From NCBI GenBank assembly GCA_013239625.1, contig MU053379.1:1170974-1234973 (forward strand): a stretch of DNA of 64,000 nt. Direction: 5' to 3'. This DNA is from Lama guanicoe (Eukaryota). The notes under the pieces are model-generated. The model did not search any database and was not told the origin of the DNA. It was given only the letters and a program-made list of their open reading frames with translations. Positions 13,730 to 26,180 of the stretch are shown one piece after another. How positions within the stretch are numbered: position 1 is the first letter of the stretch; each line of letters starts with the position of its first letter. The position numbers and the translations under genes are program-made.

Positions 13730-14830
13730 AAGGGTTCAGCCAACTCCTGCGTGCTTTCTGAGTGTCGGCTCCGAGGACGTCTGAGGGTGACAGATGCTAA
13801 AATGAGAACCTGGCACCTGCCTCGGGGAAGCTCATTCCTGATGGGAGAGAAAACAGTGAGAAACACACTGCATTGCATCATGATAAAAAATATTGAGACA
13901 GTTTTGTAAGATACACTAGGAAAGTCAAATGCAGGGTTGGGGGGAGCTTCAGAGAAAAGGTGACCCTTAAGCGGGGCCTTGAAGGATAAATAAGAGTTTG
14001 CGGGGGAAGGAGAGTATTGTTCAATCCGCTGGGCTGGAAGGTGAGGGGCAGGAACACAATGGGGAGAGTTCTAAGTAGCCTGAAGGGGCCAAGGATGCCA
14101 TGAGGTGCAGACGGGGAAGCGGAAAAGAGGACAGTGAAGAGTGGTTAAAACTAGGGACGAGGTGGGGTAGAGTGGGCCAGAGTGGAGATTTTATCCCAAA
14201 GGCAAAAGGAGCCGCTGGAGGTTGATAAGCAGCTGCGGGTAAATGGTCGGAGCTCTATTTCAGTAACAGGAGAGCAGAAGTTTGGAAGGCGGCGAGGCGC
14301 CTTCCGAGTGCCGGACGCAGCTAGCGGCTGGAGCGCCGCAGCCGGAGAGAGAGGACAGAGGGCCCGAGGCCGCACCCAAGGCCGATGCAGAGCAGCAGAG
14401 AGACTCTCACGGTCTAAGAACCCTGAGCAGGAGAGGAGGGGGTGCTCGGTAACTGATTTGATGTCGGAGAAAGGGAGATGTTGAGAAAGACTCTAAGAAG
14501 GTGGGTAATCATTTGTGAAACTGAGAGTTGGGTAATGAAGTTGGTGGAGATCAAAGGACCAAGGAGGAGAAAGAGGAGTGGGAAGGAAGGGAAAGGGGAG
14601 AGTCTGAGACCTGCTAAGCCTGAGGTGCCTGACGGTCATCCTGACGGTCATCCAGGCAAAGATGTCCGCCTGGCATTGGAGGTTAGACCTGGAGCTCCAG
14701 AAGGATGGATCTTACCTTCTCCCGCATCTACAGACAGAGTTTGATTTTTGATGCAAGAGGTCGCAGACCACTAGAATCCCCAAACACAGGCGCAGGAGAT
14801 GTGATAAATACACGGGAGCTAACCTGGCCG
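13730..14830 (-). mobile_element. L2 LINE remnant
   Basis: Purine-rich antisense L2 motifs: ggaagctcattcctgatggg, ggccttgaaggataaataagagtttg, gattttatcccaaaggcaa. Confidence 0.65.
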
Positions 14831-15699
14831 CTGGAAAAGATGGCTCGATGCCAGACTGGACTGGGGTGTCTTCTGGGCTTGCTTTTGTTTGTTTGTTTGA
14901 CAGTGCGTGTGCAATTTTATGTGCTTGCTTGCTGTGGCCATCTAGACGTGAGCTGACTGTCTTCTCCCGGGAACGTGCTTAATTGCTAGGACCTGGTATA
15001 GCCTTATTAACTGCTGACATTTATGTTTGGCTGTAGTTGAGAAGTTTTGGTGGCGAGGGGAAAGGGGAGAAGAAGGCCATTACAAAATAAGATTATGAAA
15101 TACATTGCTCTTCTGCTTCTCTCCTGATTGGCCCCATCAGGGGAGCTGTTTGATGCCGCTGTGCAGGGTGTGAACAAAACTAAGGAATGCAGTTCACATC
15201 GGAGACCTTGTAAAAGTGGATATCTATCTATTAGGGAAAATTTCAGGAAAAGCAAAATGCCATAAGGAAGGGGGCATCTTTTTCTAATTTGCGCAAAAAT
15301 GCCACTGGGGCTAGCAGAAGCTCTGCTTCCCTGCTGAAGACGGTTCACTGGTGAGATGGGCAAGAACAGCAAAACATGCTCTTTTCACCCAGATGTTGGA
15401 AGGTCAAGAGGAAAAACAAGCCATTCATTCTCCAGTTGCTGGAACCATGCTACACATATTCAACGTTCATCCTACAGCCTGGAATTCAGCCTTTAGCCAG
15501 AACAAACACGATTTAAGATATAATCAGGCCTAAAACCTTGTTACAGTCGCATGCAGTGTTCCTCCACCAGAAGGCAATGGGCAGCGTCTGCTCACGTCTT
15601 GTGGAAGTGGAGAAGGAAGCCGAAAGTTTCCTTGACTCAATTTCTTTGCGAGTTTCTTGTATCAGTTCCTTGAGGGGAAGATATTTTCTTACGTGAACA

Positions 15700-16056
15700 C
15701 GTGACTTAGTCTGTTTGAGCTGCTAATATACAGATATTGCATGGCTTAAACAGCAAGTCATTTTGGACAGTTCTGAAGGCTGTGAAGTCCAAGATCAAGG
15801 CACTAACAGATTCGATGTCTGGTGAAAACCCCGTTCGGGGCTCACAGACAGCCGTCTTCTCTATGAGTCTCCACGTGGTGGGAGGGCTGAGGAAACTCTT
15901 TGGGGTCTCTGGGATAAGGGCACTAATCCCATTCGTGGAAGCTCGGTCCTCGTGACCTAGGCATCTCCCAAAGGCTCCATGTCCAAACGCTATCACACTG
16001 AGGGTGAGATGTCAACATATGAATGTTGGGAGGACACAAGCCTTTAGTGTATAGCA
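15700..16056 (-). mobile_element. MLT1A-like solo LTR
   Basis: ttagtctgtttgagctgcta...gaagtccaagatcaaggc...ataagggcactaatcccattc...tatagca. Confidence 0.8.
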
Positions 16057-16144
16057 ACATATCATCGAGAATACCACAAATGATAGTTTAATGCTAAAAT
16101 TAATTCCAAAGAAAGGAATACAACTTACATCCATTGCACTGTCA

Positions 16145-16286
16145 CTTTTGTGTATGTGTGTTGGGGTGGGGGGTAATTAGGTTTATTTATTTATTTATTT
16201 ATTATTTTTAGAGGGGGTACTGGGGACTGAACCCAGGCCCTCGTGCATGCTAAGCATGCGCTCTACCACTTGAGCTATACCCTCCC
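16145..16286 (-). mobile_element. Vic-1-like SINE
   Basis: Full tRNA-like head on the - strand. TSD CCATTGCACTGTCA (16131-16144) / CCATTACACTGTCA (16287-16300). Confidence 0.9.
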
Positions 16287-16435
16287 CCATTACACTGTCA
16301 ATTTGTTTACTTTTTTGCGTATTTGTTGCTACCATCCCTCTGGAAATTGTAAGCCCCTAAGAAGGCACTGTCTTGTTTATTGCCAAAACCTTAGTGCCTT
16401 GAACAATGCCAGGCTCATAGTAGTTGCTCAATAAA

Positions 16436-16487
16436 ATATATATATATTATATATATTATATATATAAAATATATATATATATATATA
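16436..16487. repeat. (TA)n microsatellite
   Basis: Imperfect TA dinucleotide run. Confidence 0.9.
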
Positions 16488-16974
16488 TTTGCTTTCCAAA
16501 TGGCTTAAGTATGTGGACCCATTGAATCCTCACATGACCTGCTGAAGGCAGATGAAGAAATCGGGAGTGGCAGAGCTGGCATTTAAATGGGCAGCTTATT
16601 TCTGGAAACTGCACCGTTCAGCAGTAGGTAAGGTTCAGCACAACAGGCAATTCAGCATGGTAGCGTGAACATCAATATCCTTCTGCCCATTTTCCTGCTT
16701 GATAAATGCAGACAAACTGAGCCAGCTTTCTTGTCTGACTTTCTTTCCAGAACGATGTATCTGTACATTTAACTCACTCGGCAGTCACTTTCCCCATTAC
16801 CCTATTTTGCTGGTGGAAAAACTCCTGAACAGACAGCAGATTTCCTAGCCTCCGAGCAGTTTCATCTGGACACTCCGTGGGGTGTGTAAGGGCCACGCTC
16901 ACGGTTATCAGACATGGCTGCACGTGTGCATTCTGAGGTCTGAGCCCCCACTGCACCCACCGTCTTGATGTGTG

Positions 16975-17107
16975 AGCTTGTCTGCCAGAGTTCAGTAGGT
17001 GTTCTGTGAGGACAGTCACATACGTAGAGGTATTTTTGGTGTGTTTGTGGGAGAGGCTGAACTCCACGTCCTTCTCTTCTGCTCTCTTGAAGCCCCCCCG
17101 CCTCCGA
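16975..17107 (-). mobile_element. Isolated L1 5'UTR terminus
   Basis: Reverse complement CTTCAAGAGAGCAGAAGAGAAGGACGTGGAG...CACAAACACACCAAAAATAC...CAGAACACCTACTGAACTCTGGCAGA resembles cetartiodactyl L1 5' ends. Confidence 0.6.
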
Positions 17108-17585
17108 GCCCTCATCTTTAAATGCTCCGACATTACAAGCCTTACCAGGGACAAGGGCATTGTTTATTGTTTGGCTGACGCTGTAAACAAACAGGAGTTG
17201 CCACACAGTAGATCCTCAATAAATATGAATGAATGAGTGGATCCCTGCTTTGAGAACCCTGGGACATCACATGGAACAACCTTCCCTTAAAAAAAAAAAA
17301 GGGACTGGCTATATTACATATCTGTGTTCGATTTTGGAGCAGTAAATTGCCATGGAATTGTGTGTCTTTTTTTTCATCATCTTCAGTGATGTACACACTT
17401 AAAATACCATTAAATGTTTCAGCCTCACAAACACTTGGAAAGATACAAAATCAGTGGAGTCCTCTGAAGCCCTGGGGAAAAGGCTGGCTCTGCACAGCTG
17501 AGCCCTGATTTTTAAGAAGCTGGCCTGTTTCTCCACCTGGATGGTTAGAAGGGCCTATGGGGGAGGGAATGGCTCACTGTGTGGA

Positions 17586-17604
17586 GGGCGCCCCCTGCTG
17601 TTCA
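17586..17604 (-). promoter_or_regulatory. Candidate CTCF site
   Basis: The reverse complement TGAACAGCAGGGGGCGCCC closely matches the CTCF core CCASYAGRKGGCRS. Motif evidence only. Confidence 0.5.
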
Positions 17605-17689
17605 GTGGTGCTGAGGCCACGGGGAGGCGGGGGCGGTCTTCCAATGGGTGAGCATCTCAGGTCAAAGGTCAAAGAACCGCGGACATTCC

Positions 17690-17820
17690 TGGAAAGGACC
17701 TTCGAGGTGATTAGTTGAAACCCACCTATTACAGATGGAGAAACTGAGGCCCAAAGAGGTCAAACGTCTTGCCCATAGTCACACAGCTGGTTAAAAGCTG
17801 GATTTCCTGACCCGTACCTC
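17690..17820 (-). mobile_element. MIR fragment
   Basis: acagatggagaaactgaggcccaaagagg...cttgcccatagtcacacagctgg. Confidence 0.75.
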
Positions 17821-18889
17821 CCATCAAGGGGAAACTGAGCTCACAACTCCAGTCTCTTCTGCCTTTTTAAAAATTAAGAATAACTAATCATAAATTTATT
17901 GAGCCCATTTCTTATGATTGTATCTTCAACTTCCTATAATGTGAATTATTCATGTTTTCAATACAGGATTTAAAAAACCATTAGTTGTGTTTGAGCCCTC
18001 AAGTCTCCCCAGGGATGGATTTCCTTAAAAATTAAATAGGGGCTGGTCTCTTTTTGGCCCAGCCATTTTTTCATTATCTTTCTCTGTAGGCCTCATGTTT
18101 TGAGGTTTTTAATCTGCCAAACAAAGTACACGTTTTGCTATTTCATTTTATTTTTTTGTCTGACAAAGATTTTATTTTGCTTATGGTAAGATCTATTTTA
18201 TTTTATTTTATTTTGTTTTATTTTTCACAAAGTGCACATTTAGAGGAAACGTGTGTTTTCTCACTTTGAAAGGCACAGACCCAACTGCTTTGTATGAGAT
18301 GTTACGTTCCTGACCGATATTAGGAAGTGAAACTCAATGTGTAAAGCACTTAAACAGTGGCTGAGACAGTGTAGACATTCTGGAAATGTTAGCTATTAGG
18401 ATCATATAAAAACAGCCAAAGGCCAAGGCGAGAAGAGGTATTTTTGTCAGTCTGTGCTGCCTTGTGGAAGATTAGGGTATCACTTCTATTTGATATTTTG
18501 AAATATTAAAAACAAACAAAAAAAAACCCATAAGGGTTCATAAGATACCGGTATCTTCGACAGCAAACACAGACACAGGTATCTGGGGACACCTGGGCCC
18601 TAGGAGCCTGAGGTAGGATCCGCCCGCCCGTCCAGGACCCTCCCGCCCTGGGGAGCTCCCTGCTCCCACGGGGACTGTGATGCTCCTTGGGCTTGTGTGC
18701 TGATGTGTCTGCCTCGGTATGAAGGGCTTGCCCGCGCAGCCCTCCAAACTTCACCACTCAGCTAAAACAGACGTCTCCTGCAAACTAACTCTTTTACAGA
18801 TCTTTATCTGGAGTCTCGTAAAGGTGTGTTAAACATATGCAACTGTTTGCTAAAACCACAGGCTACTCAAAAAAAAAAAAAAAAAAGCT

Positions 18890-19375
18890 AGTCCCATTTA
18901 TGTGAAGTTCCAGGACAGGAATCACTTTTTACTGACTGTCTGTGAGGCCATGGGAATAAGGATTTAGTCGGAAGGGGCACAAGGGAACCTTCTGGAGTGA
19001 TGGGAACGTTCAATATCTAGAGAAGGCTTTGGGTTTCATGGGCAGCTACATTTGTCAAGATTCATTAAATGGTACACTTAAGACTTTTGCATTTCATTGT
19101 AGGTAAATTTTACTTTAAAAATGGACTGTAAACAAATGCTGAACTTTAGCTAATGACATGCATGGCTGAAGTGATTAGGGGTGAACTGATGTCTGTGTCT
19201 GTAAAATGTATCCAAAAATTCAGTGGACTAACAGACTAACGGATGGGCAGATAGAGAGGGGTGTGACAAAAGAATAGAGAGAGCAAATGTTAACTGTGGT
19301 GGGCATCCGGATATTCCCATATTATTCTCCCAATTTTTTATGTTAGAAAATTTCCATAATGAAACGTTGAGAGGA
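18890..19375 (+). mobile_element. Old L1MC/ME-type 3'UTR
   Basis: ggaaggggcacaagggaaccttctggagtgatgggaacgttc...gtacacttaaga...catttcattgta. Confidence 0.7.
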
Positions 19376-19444
19376 AAAGGATTGAGATAATTTCAATCAT
19401 TTATTAACTTTAAATATAATGTTACTCCAGCTTATTCAGCTTTC

Positions 19445-20710
<1,266 letters not shown>

Positions 20711-20748
20711 GAGATCTACCTTCTTAACAAATTTTAAAGTATATGATA

Positions 20749-21049
20749 TAGTCAGACCTCAAAGATATTATAGGTTTGGTTCCAGACCACTGCAATAAGG
20801 CAAATATCACAATAAAGCAAGTCACATGAGTTTTTTGGTTTCATAGTCCATAGAAAAGTTACACTATACTGTGGTATATCCAGTCTGTGAGAACACTATG
20901 CCTTTAAAAAGTACATGCCTTAATTTAAAAATACTTTATTGCTTAAAAAGTGCTAACCATCACCTGACAACACAGAGTTGCCACAAACCTTCAATTTAAA
21001 AAAACAAACACGCACTATCTGTGAAGCACAATAAAATAGGGTGTGCCGG
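20749..21049 (+). mobile_element. Tigger1-derived MITE
   Basis: gatattataggtttggttccagaccactgcaataaggcaaatatcacaataaagcaagtcaca at the 5' end and gcacaataaaatagggtgtgccgg at the 3' end match Tigger1 termini. Confidence 0.8.
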
Positions 21050-22399
21050 TATATAACTTACTTTTTCTTAATTTCCTTATAACACAACTAACTCTTAATG
21101 CGGTAAGATATGGGCTCATAATGTACATAAAAGTTACAGCTATGACAACGTGTCAAGAGTGGGGCTTCTCATCTCCTCACAGGGCACGTTAGTGAATTTC
21201 CGTTGTTTATGTTTCATGCACCAAGAACCATGATCTTGATCTTGACAGGGCAAGTCACTTGCCCACGATCACATAGCCAATTGGGACCGAATGTCTCAAG
21301 CCAAACCTGCTGGCTCACCACACAAAAATTCAGATGGGACAGAGAAGAGGTACTTATTGGATCCCTCTGACACTCTACACACAATTTCTTGGGCAGCCTT
21401 GGGGACACAAGGCGGGTGCTCATTTACGATCAGGCAGACGGAACAAAGAGCATGAGTAGGGAAGACAGGGTAAGCCCAGTGAGAGGAAGGCTGGTTTCTC
21501 AGCAGGGCCAGAAGACGAAGTGTGCCAGAAGCCCCTCCCCTGGGTAAAGACGAAAGGCTGGCAGGGAGGCAGGGCCAGGCAGTCTAAACGGAAGCCTAGG
21601 AAGCCCGGTGAGCAGCCTTCTCCACAGCATCGCAGTGATGACTCCTCCTTCCTGACTTGCTGACCGCTGTCAACCCAGCCCCCGTCCCCTGGATAGGGGC
21701 TCAGCAGATGTGGCTTCTCCTGGACCGCACCAGTTGAGTGATGAGTTTTGGTTTGGAAAATGGAATTCTTGCTAGTAGGGAAAGGAAAGGAGGTGGTGAC
21801 TGTAGGATATGTGCTTAAGGTGCCATTTCAGAACTCAGAGGTAGACAGGGTGGGGAAGCCTAGAGCGTAGCATAAAGGACCTCTGAAGAGTGACCTCTGA
21901 GCAGGGGAAAAGCAGATGAATTAGGGAAAGAAACCTCAGATCAGCGAGACAGCACAGTATGTTTACTCCTTGCTGGGTGGATAAAAATCTCCCCCGTTTG
22001 AAGCAAGAATATCTGGAAAGAGAATCCAGCCTGGGGAGAGGACCTGAAGCCACAGGCCACAGGTAGGTATAAGCACACACCAATCTACCTATTCTCAACT
22101 GTACACACCACCCAGGCTCCCCCTGGGGGACGTGGAAAAGCCTTTGTTGTCAGACCCAGTGCTGAGGCAAAGGTGAGCTCTCCCTCCCTTGCCTTTTCTG
22201 CACAGTAGGTTTAAGCTGCTCAGTACGTTACACTTTAAGTTGTAAGGGAAGCCATCGTTGCCTAGTGATACCAGGTGGCTGTGGTTCTCCAGCGCCACCT
22301 CTCTGCCCAGCTTCAGAGCGGGCTCCAACATCCCTGGGCACCGCTGTCGACTGAAAAAAATGCAAAACCTGACAGTTGAGAATTATGTTTCATTTGGTG

Positions 22400-22914
22400 T
22401 GATACAGGAAAATGGCTCAAGAGGATGGTCGTGTCCCAGGTCTTGGGCGAGTTCCTGGGATGTGCCCCACTCAGTGAGGGTCCTTGGCTTTGTGCAGGAA
22501 AGAATTCAAGAGCAAACCATACTAGAGTGAGAGTAGTCTTATTCAGAGATGCACACTCCATAGACAGTGTGGGCTTTCTCAGAAGGCAAGAGAGAGTGAC
22601 CATGAGGTGTGGGCTTGTTAGGTTTTACCGGCTCAGTAATTTCATATGCTAACAAGTGGGAGAATTATTCCAACTACTTTGGGCAAGGGGTGAGGATTCC
22701 CAGGAACTGGACCATCACCCACTTATTGACCTTTTATGGTCAGCCTTGAAACTGTCATGGCACCTGTGGAAGTGCCGTTCGGCATGCTAACATATTACAA
22801 CTAGTGTATAACGAAGCTCAAGTTCTACTGGGAGTTGACTCTCCCGCCATCCTGGTGCTAATTGCTGTGTCATTCGTTTAATGGTTGTGCCCTGCCCTCT
22901 TCCCTCCTGTCTCA
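22400..22914 (-). mobile_element. ERV1-type solo LTR (B) of a different family, nested in A
   Basis: Terminal inverted repeats TGATACAGGA/TCCTGTCTCA; perfect 4-bp TSD GGTG (22396-22399 and 22915-22918). Confidence 0.85.
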
Positions 22915-23079
22915 GGTGGACATACTGAGAACTTAAGCCTGGGAGACAGACTCTCAAACAGCTCTGAGGGACTGCTCCAAAGAAGTAAGGGAAGAGCCAG
23001 GATATAAAGGAGTTTTTTGAGGTGGGGGGGAGGGGGCGGCAGGAAACCCAGGTAGTTGGAACATTAAAAGATTACTGTT

Positions 23080-23907
23080 TGCAAACATTTGCAAATCTCA
23101 AACTCCCAAATTTATCCCTTCTCACCCCCTTTCCCCCAGTAACCATAAGATTGTTACTGTCTGTGAGTCTGTTTCCATTTTGTAGATGAGTCATTAGTGT
23201 CCTCTTGTTTCTTTTTTTTTGAGATTGTCGACTGAAATAAATGCACAACCTAAAAGTCGAGAGTTATGTTTGATTCGGTGGACAATTCTGAGGACAGCCT
23301 CTCAGATGGCTCTGAGGGACAGGTCTGAAGAGGTAGGGGAGGAGCTAGGACATATAGGAGTTTTACAACAAAGAGCAGGTAGTTGGAACATTAAAAGATT
23401 ACTTGTTAACTAAAGAAAACCAGGCATCTCAACTTAAAGAATTTAGCGCTTTTTTTATGTATGGGAGGAAGCAAACATTTGGGCTCACTGAATTCATTCC
23501 TTTGACAAGCACCTAGCTATGTAGGGCCAGTATCCTGTCCTTTCTTATTCTGAGTCCCCTCAGAGGGCACCATTGTGAGTGGCTGCAGAGGCCGGGCTGC
23601 AGGCTTGTCTTCGCTGTGGGGTGGCAGCAGCTGCTGATAACTTGGCTTCAGCATTGTTTGTTTACTGGTATGGTTTGCAGTATTTTTCATTCACAAAATT
23701 TGCAAATGTTAACCACTATATATAAACATAGATAAAAAACAAGTTTCTTCTGTATCGCACGGGGACCTATATTCAATATCTTGTAAAACTTTTAATGAAA
23801 AAAGAATATGAAAACTAATATATGTATGTATATGCATGACTGGGACATTGAGCTGCACACCAGAAATCGACACATTGTAACTGACTGTACTTCAATAAAT
23901 TTTTTTT
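23080..23907 (+). mobile_element. 5'-inverted (twin-primed) L1 3' end nested in LTR A
   Basis: 12-bp TSD AAGATTACTGTT (23068-23079 and 23908-23919). Antisense L1 3'UTR 23080 to about 23220; sense L1 3'UTR 23700-23900 ending ACTTCAATAAA. Confidence 0.85.
23226..23695 (-). mobile_element. ERV1-type solo LTR (C), related to A, nested in the L1
   Basis: TGTCGACTGAAA...TTCACA; 4-bp TSD AGAT/AAAT. Removing it restores the L1 sequence GAGATTTGCAAATG. Confidence 0.85.
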
Positions 23908-24219
23908 AAGATTACTGTTAATTAAAGAAAAACCAGATCGCTCGAGTTAATGAATTTAGCACTTTTCTATCTATGGGAAGATGAAAGACTCTTGGCTTAT
24001 TGAAATCATTCCTTTGATAGGCACCTTAACTACGTAGGGCCAGTATACTGTTTCTCTCCATTCTAAATCCCCTCAAGGTGCAGAGCTGGGGGTGGCTACA
24101 GTGGCTGATGGCTTGATGGCCTAAACATCCTTTGTTTACTGATATGGCAGGCGATTTTGTCCACACGGCTAAATTCTTGGTGAAGGACTGAGTCGTGGGG
24201 TAGGGCAGAGAGGGATGTG

Positions 24220-24568
24220 GAGAGACATACAGGAGCTTTACAACAAAGACCAGGTAGTTGGAACAATAAAGATTGCTTGTTGTCTAAAGAAAACCAGGCA
24301 TCTCAAGTTAAAAGAATTTAGTGCTTTTCTATGTATGGTAGGAAGCAAACATTTGGGCTCATTGAATTCATTCCTTTGACAAGCACCTAGCTATGTAGGG
24401 CCAGTATCCTGTCCTTTCTTATTCTGAGTCCCCTCAGAGGGCACCATTGTGAGTGGTTGCAAAGGCTGGGCTGCAGGCTTGTCTTCGCTGTGGGGTGTCG
24501 GCAGCTGTTGATGACTTGATGGCTTCAGCACTGTTTACTGATATGGTTTGCAGTATTTTTCGTTCATA
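24220..24568 (-). mobile_element. Truncated LTR (D), close copy of C
   Basis: Long identical blocks shared with 23350-23695, e.g. gaattcattcctttgacaagcacctagctatgtagggccagtatcctgtcctttcttattctgagtcccctcagagggcaccattgtgagtgg. Confidence 0.85.
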
Positions 24569-24569
24569 C

Positions 24570-24783
24570 ACTAAAATCATTAAATCAAGATGCCTGTTCT
24601 TTTGCGATTAGCAGTAATATTTTGACATTTGACTACGTTTCTTTTTTCAGCAAAAACTTCTATATATCCTGGCTCCTCCCTTACCTCTTTAGAACAGTGC
24701 CTCAGAGCCAGCTTACAGGCTGTCTCCCAGGCCACCAAATAAAATATAATTCTCAATTTCTAGGTCGTGTTTTTTAGTAGACA
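24570..24783 (+). mobile_element. 3' half of an older LTR (E) of the same family, in the opposite orientation
   Basis: ctatatatcctggctcctcccttacctc...aataaaatataattctcaatttctaggtcgtg..tagtagaca is the reverse complement of the left ends of A and C. Confidence 0.75.
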
Positions 24784-25079
24784 GAGCCAAGACGACAAAG
24801 GCCTTAGCCCCAGGCTATGGTCAAACAGTGAGGCTCCTGTCCCCCAGGAGATGGATGATAGATTGCCCATAGGTTTGTGGACTCCCAGCAAGGGAAAGGG
24901 TCTCAGGGAGCGCAGTCCCGCCTCCCTCCCTCAGCTGTGAGATCGCGGGAAAACAGATTTGCCTCTCTGTTTCAGTCCCACCAGGGGTTTAAGTGAGTTA
25001 AACCATTATGTGAGTTGGAAGATATCTCGCCTGCACAGCGCTCACAGAACACTGACACAGGCTTGTTACTGGTAACTGG

Positions 25080-26180
25080 AGCTGAGACCACAAGTCCCAT
25101 CGCCCCGCAGGAGCGCCCACCCAAGAAGCCTAAGGGCAGGTCCCCGAATACGTAATTTCCGCTAGCCTAGGGTGCCTGCCGGCACCGGATGCGGAAGCTA
25201 CCGCAGGATTTACTGGGAAGTGTAGTCTTTCAGGAGGAGGCTTTAGAGAAGGGATCAGGGCACGGCGAGAAGCATCACCCGGGATCCTCTGTGTATTTTA
25301 TCTACTTGGTTTTAAGAAAAGAGAGAGGGAATCTAGGTGCCATAGTGGCCATTCTCCGGTGGCCAGAGCATGAGACCGAGGGACGGCTCCCTCAGGGACC
25401 AGTGAGAACGGGGGGGGNNNNNNNNNNNNNNNNNNNAACACCGAGATCCTGGGAGCTGTGGTCCTGGCGCTGGGCGGGGGATTCTGGGTAGTGTAGTCCC
25501 GGCTTCCTCCTGGAGTAGATGCCTAGCTGGTGGCTGGAGTGACCCCTTGTTCTTTGGTGGCGCTGGTGAGTGAGGCTCCCGAGGGACCCTCGTCGCAGCC
25601 GTGCCCTTCCCCGCGCGGAAAGGTAAGTCCTGAAAGGCTGGTTTATGGGCTGTGGCTGGGGACGGTGCGGGTGGCGGGGAGTGGGGGTGGTGGCGAGGAC
25701 GCGCTGTCGTGGCCTCCCGGATGTCACATTTTGGGATGTGGGCGCGCATCTCCGCGGAACGTGGGCGAAGCTCAGCCTTGATGGCCAGTGGTTATGGGTG
25801 CTGGGCACCGGGCTCGTCCTAGGGTTCCTGTGGGTGAGGACATGTTCGGCCTTGGCCTAAATAGCAATATTGGGAGAAGGCGTCGCTCATGCCACAAGTC
25901 CCCGGGTTTAGGGGCCCGTTGAGTAAGTAAGCTTTGGGGGGCCTGATGTTTCCTAGGTGGTGGGGTGAGGGCCGCCCCTGGGGCCAGGTGTCTGGAGTTT
26001 TGGTGGGTGGGGGCTGGTAGTCTTACTTCGGGCCCAGCTGCCCCTCGGCTTTGCTAAGGCATCCCGCGGAGGGGCGATCGGACTTGGGCAAACGTGCCCG
26101 GGCTGGGCTGGGTGTGGAGTGGCCATCTTGGCTTGATCTTAGGATCTCAGTTTGACTGGTCGTCCCTGGGTTATGGCCTT
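25080..26180 (+). promoter_or_regulatory. ZNF133: CpG-island promoter and non-coding first exon of ZNF133
   Basis: GC- and CpG-rich. Multiple ACTACAnnnCCCAG-like (ZNF143/THAP11) motifs, ETS-like CCGGATGCGGAAG at about 25185 and a GC box. Consensus donors CTG|GTGAGT (25566) and AAG|GTAAGT (25623). It is the most promoter-like region upstream of the KRAB exon. Confidence 0.75.
25418..25436. other. Assembly gap (19 N) inside the promoter CpG island
   Basis: Run of n after a G-tract. Confidence 0.99.

Larger units (their letters stand above)
22345..24165 (-). mobile_element. Outer ERV1-type solo LTR (A), split by nested insertions
   Basis: TG(22345)...CA(24165); 4-bp TSD ccgc/cggc. Colinear with copy C once the inserts are removed. 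Confidence 0.8.
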
